Source: an uncultured virus (IMG/VR IMGVR_UViG_3300034062_006335) (taxonomy: Duplodnaviria > Heunggongvirae > Uroviricota > Caudoviricetes). Taken from it: 64,000 nt of DNA. The translations under genes and the position numbers were made by a program. How positions within the stretch are numbered: the first letter of the stretch is position 1; each line of letters begins with the position of its first letter. The notes below the pieces were generated by a model, which was given only the letters and a program-made list of their open reading frames with translations, did no database searches and was not told where the DNA came from. This document shows positions 30,911-40,440 of this stretch, piece by piece. The stretch lies in the IMG/VR virus record IMGVR_UViG_3300034062_006335. One strand, 5' to 3'.

Positions 30911-33331
30911 TTAAGATGAACATCCAAAACACTCAAACTCAGAGTCCTCGGGTCTTGTTGGTAAAACACCTTCTTTTAATATTCTGTCAGGTGGTGGAGG
31001 TGGAGTTTGTTTTTTTGTCATATCTAATGCCAAATGTTTTGCTCCTGTTGATATTGCCTTTGTTCTAACATAGTAACACAACGTTTTAAGACCGCTTTCC
31101 CAACCATGGAAATGTGATGAAGTAATTTTAGACAACGTTGGGTTTGACATGTAAATATTCATAGACTGTGATTGGTCGATAAATGGTGCTCGTTCCGCCG
31201 CCATATCAATAAGTTGTTTTTGTGAAATTTCCCAAATTGTTTTGTACTTAGGTATTAAGTGTTCAATTCGTTTAACTTTCTTATTGTAATTTTTATCCTC
31301 GGTATCCAAATAATTATTGAAATTAATATTTTGAATAGAACCTTCATTCATTATAATTTCATTTTTTAAATCTTCTGACCAAATACCGATTTTTTCAAAG
31401 TCGTTTATAAGATACTTGTTTACAATCATAATCTCACCACCAACAACCCTTCTATTAAATAGTGCGGAATGTGCGGGTTCAGTCATTTCAAATGAACCTG
31501 TAATTTTAGCAGAAGACGCAACAGGCATTTGAGCGGTAAATAAAGAATTACATACTCCATACTTTCCTACATTTTCTTTCAATGTTTTCCAATCCCACAT
31601 TCCTGATAAATTATCTTCTTTGAACCCCCACATGTCGTATTGAAATACTCCTTTTGACATTGGCGACCCATTAAAAAATTCATACGGTTTGTATTTACCC
31701 TCAATACAAAGTTGGTTACTTTCATAAATTGCAGCGTAATAAATTGTTTCAAAAATTTCTTTGTTTAATTTTTTTGCTTCTTCTGATGTGAAGATATAAT
31801 CCATTAAATAAAATACATCCGCTAATCCTTGAGTGCCAATTGCAATCGCTCTTTGTTCAAGACCTCCTTTCAACCCTTTTTTGGTTGAGTAGTTGTTAAC
31901 ATCTACAACTTTATTTAAAGCTCTAACAACTTTTTTTACCTCGTTAAATAATTTTTCAAAATCAAATTTATTTCCATTAACAAAGTTTTTTAAAACCATT
32001 GACGATAATGTACAAATAGCCGTTGTGTTTTCATCTGTATATTGATAGATTTCATTACAAAGGTTTGATTGTTTAATAACTCCAATATTTTGATGATTAG
32101 TTTTTTTATTTGCACTGTCCTTTGAACACAAGTAAGGTACTCCTGTTTCTATTTGAGACTCTATAATTTTAGTCCAAATACTTTGGGCTGAAACTTTTTT
32201 ACCTAAACCTAACTGAACTGCGTTTTTATAGACCTCTTCGTACTCATCACCATAACATTCTTGTAATGGTTTTAAACCTGCTCTTTTGATGTCGTTAGGA
32301 CAAAACAAATACCAATCATCATTATTTTTGACTGCCCTCATAAAATTATCAGGTATCCAAAGAGCAGTAAATAAATCACGAGCTCTCAATTCTTCTGCAC
32401 CTGTGTTCTTTTTGATATCAAGTAAATCAAAAATATCTTTGTGCCATGGTTCCAAATAAATCGCAGCGGAGCCAGGTCTTCTTCCTTGTTGATTAAAAAA
32501 TCTTAATGACTCATTAACAATTTTAAGATATTTTAATAATCCACCAGCAAATCCACCTGAAGTTGAAATTCTACTTTCTTTACTTCTAATGTTAGACATC
32601 GATAAACCAATTCCAGCAGCATCAGAAGAAAAAGTAGATATATCATTTAAAGTCCCCAACAAACCTTGTCTTGAATCGGAATCATTGTAGTGTAAAACAC
32701 AAGATGCCAATTGAGGGACTTTTGTTCCTGAATTAATCATTATAGGTGTTGCCTTTGAAATTAATTGGCTGGATAGTGACTTGTAGTATTCGACAGCATC
32801 CTCAAAAGTATCTGTAACCCAAAGTGCAACTCTCATATACATGTGTTGTGGTCTTTCAATTACTTTACCATTTGGTTTTTTTAACAAATACATTTCTTGT
32901 AGTGACCTCCAAGCAAAATAATCAAAATTGTAATCGTTATCGTGATTGATTACCGCATCTATCAAATTTTCACCATATCTATCAATTTTTTCAATTAAAC
33001 CTTCGTGGATTATACCATCTGAGTATAATTCTTTCATAGTTTGTGAAAAACTATCAAGTGTTTCTTTGTGATATGATGATATGGCAACTGACGACGCCAA
33101 TCTAGAATAATCATGGTGACTACCCGTGTACGCGGCCGCAATTTCATAGATTAACTTATCCAATTCTTTTGTTGTGACTTCACCTTCGGTAGGTACTGAA
33201 GTTATTACTTTAATAAAAATCTCATCAGAATTAACATTCAATCCTTTTGCTGAACGTTTAACTCTATTGTAAATTTTTTGTGGATTAAAGGCAACATTCT
33301 CCTCACCTCTTTTAATAATTTTTAATGACAT
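30911..33331 (-). CDS. nrdA: Class I ribonucleotide reductase alpha subunit with N-terminal ATP cone
   Basis: ERPQHMYMRVA, QLASC, YLEPWH, QSNLCNEI, AICTL, IDQSQSMN, KTLCYYVRT, C-terminal CFGCSS. Confidence 0.97.
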   Translation of the reverse strand: MSLKIIKRGEENVAFNPQKIYNRVKRSAKGLNVNSDEIFIKVITSVPTEGEVTTKELDKLIYEIAAAYTGSHHDYSRLASSVAISSYHKETLDSFSQTMKELYSDGIIHEGLIEKIDRYGENLIDAVINHDNDYNFDYFAWRSLQEMYLLKKPNGKVIERPQHMYMRVALWVTDTFEDAVEYYKSLSSQLISKATPIMINSGTKVPQLASCVLHYNDSDSRQGLLGTLNDISTFSSDAAGIGLSMSNIRSKESRISTSGGFAGGLLKYLKIVNESLRFFNQQGRRPGSAAIYLEPWHKDIFDLLDIKKNTGAEELRARDLFTALWIPDNFMRAVKNNDDWYLFCPNDIKRAGLKPLQECYGDEYEEVYKNAVQLGLGKKVSAQSIWTKIIESQIETGVPYLCSKDSANKKTNHQNIGVIKQSNLCNEIYQYTDENTTAICTLSSMVLKNFVNGNKFDFEKLFNEVKKVVRALNKVVDVNNYSTKKGLKGGLEQRAIAIGTQGLADVFYLMDYIFTSEEAKKLNKEIFETIYYAAIYESNQLCIEGKYKPYEFFNGSPMSKGVFQYDMWGFKEDNLSGMWDWKTLKENVGKYGVCNSLFTAQMPVASSAKITGSFEMTEPAHSALFNRRVVGGEIMIVNKYLINDFEKIGIWSEDLKNEIIMNEGSIQNINFNNYLDTEDKNYNKKVKRIEHLIPKYKTIWEISQKQLIDMAAERAPFIDQSQSMNIYMSNPTLSKITSSHFHGWESGLKTLCYYVRTKAISTGAKHLALDMTKKQTPPPPPDRILKEGVLPTRPEDSEFECFGCSS

Positions 33332-33341
33332 AATTTATAAT

Positions 33342-34289
33342 TTAGAAATCTTCTGTAAATGTTATTGTTTCGTTTAATTTTGCTTTTTGGTACTCTACAG
33401 TTCTAGACTCGAAGAAATTTCCTTTTGTTTCAACCGCAATCTGTTCCATGAATTTGAAAGGTTGCTCCACGTTAAATTCTTTACCACATCCCATTTTTAC
33501 TAACAAACCATCAACAACAAACTCCAAATATTGTTTCATTAGGTTTGAGTTCATACCGATTAAAGACACTGGAAGTGATTCAGTGATAAATTCTTTTTCA
33601 ATTTCTAACGCTGAAAGTAAAATTTCTTTAATACGTTTTTCTGATGGTCTTTCTTCTAAGTGGTTATTCAATAAGTGAATTGCAAAATCACAATGTAAGT
33701 TTTCATCTTTAAAGATAAGTGAATTAGCATTACATAGTCCTTGCATAATTCCTCTTGATTTCATCCAAAAAATAGAACAAAAAGAACCCGAAAAGAAAAT
33801 ACCTTCAACCGCAGCAAACGCAACTAATCTTTCTGCAAATGATGCATTTTCAATCCATTCTAAAGCCCATTTAGCTTTCTTTTGAACTGCGGGTAATCTA
33901 TCAATCGCATTGAAACACTCGTCTTTTTCTTTTGCGTTTGAAATGTAAGTATCAATCAACAAAGAATACATTAATGAATGAATATTTTCCATAGCAAGTT
34001 GGAATCCATAAAAGAATTTTGCTTCAGGATATTGAACCTCTCGATAAAAGTTTTCTGCCAAATTTTCATTTACAATACCATCTGAAGCCGCGAAAAACGA
34101 CAATACATTCTTGATAAAGAATTTTTCATTCTCTGTTAAATTTTCCCAATCTCTGATATCGTTGGTTAAATCGACTTCTTCTGCGGTCCAAAACGCAGCT
34201 TGGTGTTGTTTGTAGTATTCCCAAATGTCGTTATGTTCGATTGGGAAGATGACAAAACGTCCAGGATTTTCTGTTAATATTTTTTCCAT
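33342..34289 (-). CDS. nrdB: Class I ribonucleotide reductase beta subunit
   Basis: [55 protein letters not shown]. Confidence 0.97.
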   Translation of the reverse strand: MEKILTENPGRFVIFPIEHNDIWEYYKQHQAAFWTAEEVDLTNDIRDWENLTENEKFFIKNVLSFFAASDGIVNENLAENFYREVQYPEAKFFYGFQLAMENIHSLMYSLLIDTYISNAKEKDECFNAIDRLPAVQKKAKWALEWIENASFAERLVAFAAVEGIFFSGSFCSIFWMKSRGIMQGLCNANSLIFKDENLHCDFAIHLLNNHLEERPSEKRIKEILLSALEIEKEFITESLPVSLIGMNSNLMKQYLEFVVDGLLVKMGCGKEFNVEQPFKFMEQIAVETKGNFFESRTVEYQKAKLNETITFTEDF

Positions 34290-34301
34290 AGTTTAATTAA
34301 A

Positions 34302-35681
34302 TTAAGATTGTTGTTCTTTTAACCTCTTTTTTTCTAAGAGTTCTTTTACACGATTTTTGTTTCTTTCTTCTTTTTGTTCTTCCAAACCTAAGAAAGTCAT
34401 ACTTTGTTCTGTGTCTATTTCTAACATTGCATTATCAAACTTACAGTTTTCAAATACAATTCCGTCTTTGCCAATTCTTGACTTTGTTATGGCAATTGTT
34501 GCTAAGTTCATTTCCTTTTGTTGTAAACTTTTTGCAACTGTAATAATTACGTGACCCACTTGTGCTTTTTTGATTGAGCCTCCCATTTGGTCTGTGGTAA
34601 CAACTTCAGAGGATATCGAGTTACGATTACCTTGGGTTGCTGTCCATCCTGCGATATCTAATTCATGACACATAGCTTCAAACGCTCTCATGACTGACCC
34701 CTCACTTTTCCATTCATCACCTAACATTTTATCAGGTACAACACAATCAATATAGTCCAAAATAATCATATCAACTTTGTTTCCTTCGGCAATCATTTTT
34801 CTAACCTGATTTTTAATTTGGTTCATAGTGACTGTATCTGAAGGTAACTTTTTTAATATTAATTTATTTTTTCTTGTAGATTGGATGTGTCTAACTTTTT
34901 CAATAACATCTTCTCTATTTTCAGTTAAATCGTCAGGGTGCATTCCAGTCCAAAGAGTAATATGTTTTCTTTGAATAATTTTTGGGTTGTCTTCAAAAAA
35001 TATTTGTAAAACACTATACCCCAAGTTAAATGCGTGATTAGCAATTTTAGTAGTAAAAGTTGACTTACCTACACCTGTGGGTGCTAAGATAACACCAATT
35101 TCTCCTTTTGCCAAACCTCCTCTCAATAAATTATCAATACCAGGTACTCCAATTGGAATTGGGTGTCTGTAATCATCATCTAAAACTTCGTCCAAGTTAA
35201 AAAATACATCGGTAGTCCCTTTATCAACCTCACCAACTTGTAATGCTCCTCTAACCATTTCTTCTAAGTGGTCATAACTTTCAAAATCACCCTTATCGAT
35301 AATTGATTGAGCTTTAGTCATAACCTTCTGTAATTCTTGTTGTTTACAGAATTTTAATGATTTTTCTTGAACGAAAAAAGAACCCTCATCAGAAACATTT
35401 TTTACTTGTTCGATAGTATCTAAAATACTTTTTTGAGCCATCGGTGAAGAAATTTCTGATTTTGTAAGTTGTTCTAACGTATCAAAAGTTGGGGTGTGCT
35501 CATATTTTGAATAGTATTCTTTTACCATTTGGCAAATGATTCGAAAATACTGATTATCGAAATAATGAGGGTCGATTACTTCTAATATTGAATTAGAAAA
35601 ATCTTTATAAAGAATGATATTATTAAGTAGTTGAATTTGAAATTTATTACCGAGATATCCAAAGTTTTTTTTGTCTGACAT
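34302..35681 (-). CDS. Replicative helicase (DnaB / T4 gp41-like)
   Basis: Walker A APTGVGKS, IILDYID, WTATQGNR, KSRIG. Confidence 0.92.
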   Translation of the reverse strand: MSDKKNFGYLGNKFQIQLLNNIILYKDFSNSILEVIDPHYFDNQYFRIICQMVKEYYSKYEHTPTFDTLEQLTKSEISSPMAQKSILDTIEQVKNVSDEGSFFVQEKSLKFCKQQELQKVMTKAQSIIDKGDFESYDHLEEMVRGALQVGEVDKGTTDVFFNLDEVLDDDYRHPIPIGVPGIDNLLRGGLAKGEIGVILAPTGVGKSTFTTKIANHAFNLGYSVLQIFFEDNPKIIQRKHITLWTGMHPDDLTENREDVIEKVRHIQSTRKNKLILKKLPSDTVTMNQIKNQVRKMIAEGNKVDMIILDYIDCVVPDKMLGDEWKSEGSVMRAFEAMCHELDIAGWTATQGNRNSISSEVVTTDQMGGSIKKAQVGHVIITVAKSLQQKEMNLATIAITKSRIGKDGIVFENCKFDNAMLEIDTEQSMTFLGLEEQKEERNKNRVKELLEKKRLKEQQS

Positions 35682-35716
35682 GTGATTTAATTTATGTGAT
35701 TTTTCAATAAATACTA

Positions 35717-36169
35717 TTAGACTAAGGAATAATTTAGGTAGTTATGAGATAATTTTTTTGATGAAAAAATGTCAGTCAACTCCTTTAGTATTGTTTTTAT
35801 GGATGGCCTAACGTCTAGGGTATATCTTACCTTTGGTGGGTACAATTTAGCATCTATAATACTATGACAAATTGTCTCATTTCCAACCTTTAAAATAATG
35901 TTAAATACTTCAGGTCCATCGGTATTTGAAGTGTTTAAAACTGTTTGGTCTTCTTCTATTTGGTATCTATTTTCCAACATATAGAATACTGACTTGTTTC
36001 TAAGTTTGGTTTCTAATTCTGTTCTTAAACTTTTAATGTAATTCATTAACTCAACACTACCTTTAGCGTTTGTGTTAAATCCTTTTACGTTAAAAAACCT
36101 TTGTACTACGAAATTATTGTTCAAAGTAATTAAAAACTCAACTTTAGTTATGTCATTTAAATCTTTCAT
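35717..36169 (-). CDS. Hypothetical protein in the replication block
   Basis: Intact ORF with A-rich upstream region. Confidence 0.7.
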   Translation of the reverse strand: MKDLNDITKVEFLITLNNNFVVQRFFNVKGFNTNAKGSVELMNYIKSLRTELETKLRNKSVFYMLENRYQIEEDQTVLNTSNTDGPEVFNIILKVGNETICHSIIDAKLYPPKVRYTLDVRPSIKTILKELTDIFSSKKLSHNYLNYSLV

Positions 36170-36176
36170 AATTTTT

Positions 36177-37184
36177 TTAATTTTTTCTTTTAAATTTTGT
36201 TTTTTCTTTTCTTGTTAACTTTAAAAATGGTTTTAAAAAATAAATCCAATTATCATCTGTTTTTGGTAGATACTTAAATAACCCGTCTTCCATCATCATA
36301 CGTATTAGGTTTTTGTATCCTCTACCATCAGGGTCCAATGATTCTGAATAATATGCCTCAACTAAATCTTTACCTTCTTGATTTATTAGTGGCACATCTA
36401 AATCAATTAGTTTTTTGTTAATCACATAATATTCATCACCAAATATACCTTCTTTTGTTTTACCAGACAAAAGATTTTGTAATGATTTGTTGTCTTTATT
36501 TTCTTTAAGGAGTTCCTCCCCTTTCGATAAAATATCGGATAATTCCACTTCTTTTTCAAGTAGCTCAGGAAAAAACTTAATTAAAGTCTTTTCACCTAAA
36601 TAAAAAATACCGTCGATATTATCGGATGAATCGCCTGTAAGGATTTTAATTGTTTTGACATTATAATGGGGAACTTCAAAATCGCTCATTTTGATAGTGT
36701 CCCCCATCTTATAATATCTTTTTGTGGATGGTGAATAGATAGAAACCTTTTCAGATATAAGTTGTGTAAGGTCTCTATCACTTGAGAAAATTGTTTTACT
36801 CTCGTCTTCAGAAATTTGACAGTAATACGCAATTAAATCATCTGCTTCTGAATTTTCAACTTCAAGTTGTCTAACAAACATCTCTTCAAGATATTGTTTA
36901 ACTCGTTGTTTTTGTTCTTCATAAGAATCTTGTTTAATCTCATTGGAAAGGTCTCTACGGTTTAATTTATACTTGGGGTATATCAATCTTCTCTGTGAAG
37001 AGTTTGTATCGCTATCCCAAAATACTACAACTTTATTATAGTTGTTCTCCTCTAAAAACTTTCTTAAAGTATTCAAAAAGTGCCAAATGGCCCCAATATG
37101 TTTTCCTTTGTGGAAATAATCTTTCACACCATGAAAACCAATTTTCATCAAATTGTTTCCATCAACCAATAAGGTTTTTGTCAC
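36177..37184 (-). CDS. 5'-3' exonuclease / flap endonuclease (T4 RNase H, PolA N-terminal-like)
   Basis: LLVDGNNL, YKLNR, EADDLIA, SSDRDLTQL, LTGDSSDNIDGI..LGEKT. Confidence 0.93.
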   Translation of the reverse strand: MTKTLLVDGNNLMKIGFHGVKDYFHKGKHIGAIWHFLNTLRKFLEENNYNKVVVFWDSDTNSSQRRLIYPKYKLNRRDLSNEIKQDSYEEQKQRVKQYLEEMFVRQLEVENSEADDLIAYYCQISEDESKTIFSSDRDLTQLISEKVSIYSPSTKRYYKMGDTIKMSDFEVPHYNVKTIKILTGDSSDNIDGIFYLGEKTLIKFFPELLEKEVELSDILSKGEELLKENKDNKSLQNLLSGKTKEGIFGDEYYVINKKLIDLDVPLINQEGKDLVEAYYSESLDPDGRGYKNLIRMMMEDGLFKYLPKTDDNWIYFLKPFLKLTRKEKTKFKRKN

Positions 37185-37205
37185 TTTTTTTGTTTTTAAT
37201 TGTTA

Positions 37206-38213
37206 CTACTCTACTTCTTCTTTTTCTGCTTTCAAATCGAAGTCACCATCAACTCCGATTATTTCCTTCCAATATTCAGCATAATCTTTTTTGTATTGTT
37301 CGATTGATGCCTTTTCTTCGGAAGCTTCTTTTCCTGGTAAGAACCCGTGTGGTGTTACGATAATCTTTCCATCTTCAAAACCAAGTCCGTTGATGTGGTT
37401 TTTCATAACAGACACTTTTGTTCTTGATGCAAACTTCACAGTTCTCTTATCTTTAGTTGCTGTAATTTTTGTAGTACCAGCTCCTTTTTGATTTCCAAAT
37501 AAGAATACTAATGAAGAGTTCAACCAAATGGCCTCACCACCTTTTGCTTTAATTTTAGGTTGTCCAAATGGATTATCAGGTAGTTCAACCCAAGGTTGAT
37601 TGACAATGATTAAGGTGTTTTCGTATTTAGAGTCCGCTTTACGTGAACCTGAAATACGTTGGTTAATGCCCATACCAATCTTGTCGGCCAAAACACTTGC
37701 GTTGTGTTGTTTACCTCCTTTACCTTCGTAAGTCATTTTACAAGGAACAGAACCTACTGAGTCCCACATAATACACAATGAATAATCTAAATCACCCTTT
37801 TCTTGAGCATCTAATAAATCATTAATGTAATCTGTGATTTGTTCAATATAATCAAAGTTATTATTGAATATATAAAACCCGTCCCACTCTAATTCTCCTG
37901 TTTCTGTATCAACAACTTCCTCACATTCAAACCCCATTAATTTTGCGTGGTCAAAAGACCATTTTTGTTCAGTGATGATAAATACAGGTAAAATACCTTT
38001 CTTTTGAGCATCAACCGCAGTCTTAACTAATGCTGTTGTCTTACCCGTATCTGAATGTCCTAAGAACATATTGATGTGTCCCATAGCAGGACCAGGTAAA
38101 CCAACCGCATCCAAAAACGGAGAACCAAGGTCAAAGAATCTTTGTGGTTTATACTTTGCCGATGTGGAAAACTTTTTTTTCAAAGACCCGAAGTCGTTCT
38201 TCTTAATAGCCAT
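37206..38213 (-). CDS. RecA/UvsX-like recombinase
   Basis: GHSDTGKT, WDSVGS, IIVNQ, KGGEAI, KNHI. Confidence 0.88.
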   Translation of the reverse strand: MAIKKNDFGSLKKKFSTSAKYKPQRFFDLGSPFLDAVGLPGPAMGHINMFLGHSDTGKTTALVKTAVDAQKKGILPVFIITEQKWSFDHAKLMGFECEEVVDTETGELEWDGFYIFNNNFDYIEQITDYINDLLDAQEKGDLDYSLCIMWDSVGSVPCKMTYEGKGGKQHNASVLADKIGMGINQRISGSRKADSKYENTLIIVNQPWVELPDNPFGQPKIKAKGGEAIWLNSSLVFLFGNQKGAGTTKITATKDKRTVKFASRTKVSVMKNHINGLGFEDGKIIVTPHGFLPGKEASEEKASIEQYKKDYAEYWKEIIGVDGDFDLKAEKEEVE

Positions 38214-38434
38214 TACAGTTCGTAAATTTTAAAGTTTTTAATAGTTTCCAACTTGTCGTTTGCATTAGTTAGTTGTTCAACCAAATTATCCATTTCCTCG
38301 GTGTGTTGTGGGTGCTCACCAATTCCTACAGGGTTTGTAAAATATACATATAATCTTGCCTCTGCATCTGCAATTTCAGACTCGTATTTTTTTACAAGAG
38401 CATCTTTTAATTTTTCTGCTAAAAATGTGTTCAT
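38213..38434 (-). CDS. Small helical phage protein (73 aa, VGIGEH motif)
   Basis: Start reassigned to ATG at 38434; the track's longer version overlaps the SSB gene and a terminator. Confidence 0.7.
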   Translation of the reverse strand: MNTFLAEKLKDALVKKYESEIADAEARLYVYFTNPVGIGEHPQHTEEMDNLVEQLTNANDKLETIKNFKIYEL

Positions 38435-38456
38435 TTTTTTTAATTTTTTAAAGTTA

Positions 38457-38488
38457 ATAAAAATCGGGCTTAGGTAGAAAGCCCGATT
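38457..38488 (-). terminator. Intrinsic terminator after SSB
   Basis: 10-bp stem AATCGGGCTT/AAGCCCGATT plus T-run. Confidence 0.85.
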
Positions 38489-38501
38489 ATGTTTGTTTGA
38501 T

Positions 38502-39356
38502 TTAGAATGGTAAATCTTCTGATGGTTCTTCGTTTGCTTGTGGGTCAACAACAGGAGCGGTTTCTTGTTTTGAACCTCCAAGTGAAATCTCAGACTCTTC
38601 TCCGTAAACATATTTTTTTAGTTCAGATGACCAAATTGGAGTTTCTCCAACAGCAACTGCCTCTAAATATTCTACAGGTTTTTTGGAATATACATCATTC
38701 CATGTAAGTTCATCTTGAATCCATCCTTCCATGATTGCCTTATCCTCATGTAGTGGTTGTGGGTCATCATACATAATAGTTTGAATTACTGTGTACTCTT
38801 TTCCTTGTGGTGTTTTTGCCCTTGTAAGTTCAATAATTAAATCACGACCTTTTTCGGCATTGGTTACATCGCCTTTAGCTTTCCAAATAGGTAAAATTTT
38901 ATCTAAAACACCTTCTTGTTTGTAGTTGTGTTTGAATCTCCAAAACTTAACCCCATCTTGTTCATTATCTCGGTCAATAACTTTTACAATGTAAAATAAA
39001 CGTGAACGGTATTGTGATGCCAATTCTTTGTCTTCTTTTTTTCCTGTTGAAATTAACTCGTTATAAACTTCAGTTAATGGTGAGCGGTCGTTGTCGTTTT
39101 TCTCGGGGTCATACAACTTAACCCACTGCCCGTTTACTTGGATTTCATGATACCAAACTTCAACAAATGGTGATGAACCATCTTTTGTAGGTAAGATACG
39201 GATTCTCCGTGATGCGGATTTTTCATTCTTCTGAAGAATTGCAGAAAAATACTTCTTCAATCTGTCTTCTTGAGAAATATTTGTTTTTTGTGAACTCGAT
39301 GATGTTGAGTTCTTTTCGTACTGCGCAAGTACTGAATCTAATACTGAATTTGCCAT
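38502..39356 (-). CDS. Single-stranded DNA-binding protein (T4 gp32-like)
   Basis: RIRILP..SPFVEVWYH, YIVKVIDRDNE..GVKFWRF, GRDL, acidic tail ending EDLPF. Confidence 0.85.
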   Translation of the reverse strand: MANSVLDSVLAQYEKNSTSSSSQKTNISQEDRLKKYFSAILQKNEKSASRRIRILPTKDGSSPFVEVWYHEIQVNGQWVKLYDPEKNDNDRSPLTEVYNELISTGKKEDKELASQYRSRLFYIVKVIDRDNEQDGVKFWRFKHNYKQEGVLDKILPIWKAKGDVTNAEKGRDLIIELTRAKTPQGKEYTVIQTIMYDDPQPLHEDKAIMEGWIQDELTWNDVYSKKPVEYLEAVAVGETPIWSSELKKYVYGEESEISLGGSKQETAPVVDPQANEEPSEDLPF

Positions 39357-39393
39357 AAATAAATTTTTAATTATTACTCTTTTATCTATGAAA

Positions 39394-39421
39394 AATATAA
39401 GTAAAAATTAAAGTTTGTCAA
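39394..39421 (-). promoter_or_regulatory. Sigma70-like promoter TTGACA-N16-TATATT heading the replication block
   Basis: TTGACA at 39416-39421 and TATATT at 39394-39399. Confidence 0.7.
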
Positions 39422-39422
39422 A

Positions 39423-39448
39423 TAAAAAAGGGAAGATAATTCTTCCCT
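39423..39448 (-). terminator. Intrinsic terminator
   Basis: Stem AGGGAAGA/TCTTCCCT plus T-run. Confidence 0.85.
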
Positions 39449-39473
39449 CAATTTTGTTGTAAAAGTTTGATTT

Positions 39474-40166
39474 TTATTCAGAATCTTCTTCAGTATCGTA
39501 TAGGTTAAAAGTTTTTTTAACTTCATTTGGTGAATAGTTTTCAACTTCGTCAGAAGTTAAAATATATTCGTTCTTTCCACTTTTTTCCATTTCATCTTTT
39601 TTGTCATCAAAAAAGTCTGTAAGTTTTTGATTGTATGGATAAGAATCTAATGAACGTAATTCTAATTTTTCTTCAGGACTTTTTTGTCTATACTTTTCTA
39701 ACTTAGTTTCAAGACTATTAATTTTATTCATTATTTCATCCATATTAGATAGTTTCGACTCTAAGTCATCTAATTTTGTGAAAATTCCATCCATAAACTC
39801 ATCTTGTTTTGCTTGAATTTCTTGTTGGGTAGTTACTAAATCTGTGATATCGATTTCCTCAGTTTCTTCTTCGCCTTCATCTTCAGGTGTCAATTCTTCA
39901 ACATCAGGGTCATTTTCAACATCTACAGGTTCAGGAACTTCGGTTGCTCCTGCAGCCGCAGGGTCTGCTGCTCCTGCAGCTGCGGGGTCTGCGGCTGCGG
40001 GGTCCGGTGCACCTCCCGCCGCTGGGTCGACAGCTGTAGGGTCAGCCGCCGCTGGGTCGGCTGCCGGGTCTGCCGGTGGTGGAGGAACATCTTGTTCTCT
40101 AAGAATATAAGAATTAATTTGATTGAATCTTTTTAATTCTTCTAAGATTTTTCTATCTAAACTCAT
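39474..40166 (-). CDS. Acidic protein with DPAAA repeats and coiled coil
   Basis: N-terminal ILEELKRF..ILREQ, Pro/Ala/Asp repeat, EEIDITDLV, heptad region. Confidence 0.7.
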   Translation of the reverse strand: MSLDRKILEELKRFNQINSYILREQDVPPPPADPAADPAAADPTAVDPAAGGAPDPAAADPAAAGAADPAAAGATEVPEPVDVENDPDVEELTPEDEGEEETEEIDITDLVTTQQEIQAKQDEFMDGIFTKLDDLESKLSNMDEIMNKINSLETKLEKYRQKSPEEKLELRSLDSYPYNQKLTDFFDDKKDEMEKSGKNEYILTSDEVENYSPNEVKKTFNLYDTEEDSE

Positions 40167-40176
40167 TTTTAAAAAT

Positions 40177-40401
40177 TTATCCGTTTAATAATGTTTTGAC
40201 TCCTGTTGGTGTTTCAACTTTTAAAGTTTTATTTGTTTTCATAGTATTGTCAACTCTTTCAATTAAACCGTCTTTCATTCTAATTGTATAACAATCACCA
40301 GTGTCCAAATCACAAACTTGTTGGTACCCATTACCATCTTCTTTTGTGGTAATTCTAGTATTTTTTTTCAAATAGTTGTCTAATAATAATTTGATGTCCA
40401 T
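40177..40401 (-). CDS. Hypothetical protein (CDLDTGDC motif)
   Basis: Intact ORF; TATTTATA at 40414-40421. Confidence 0.7.
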   Translation of the reverse strand: MDIKLLLDNYLKKNTRITTKEDGNGYQQVCDLDTGDCYTIRMKDGLIERVDNTMKTNKTLKVETPTGVKTLLNG

Positions 40402-40440
40402 GTCTTTTTTTTATATAAATATATGTTTATTACGTATTTG

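Noticed and set aside
30911..38213. Inteins or introns in nrdA, helicase or RecA
   Set aside because: Lengths are ordinary, motifs are contiguous and no splicing or homing-endonuclease motifs were seen.
38435..38611. N-terminal extension of ORF 38213-38611 given in the track
   Set aside because: It overlaps the SSB C-terminus and crosses a terminator; ATG at 38434 has the typical A-rich context.
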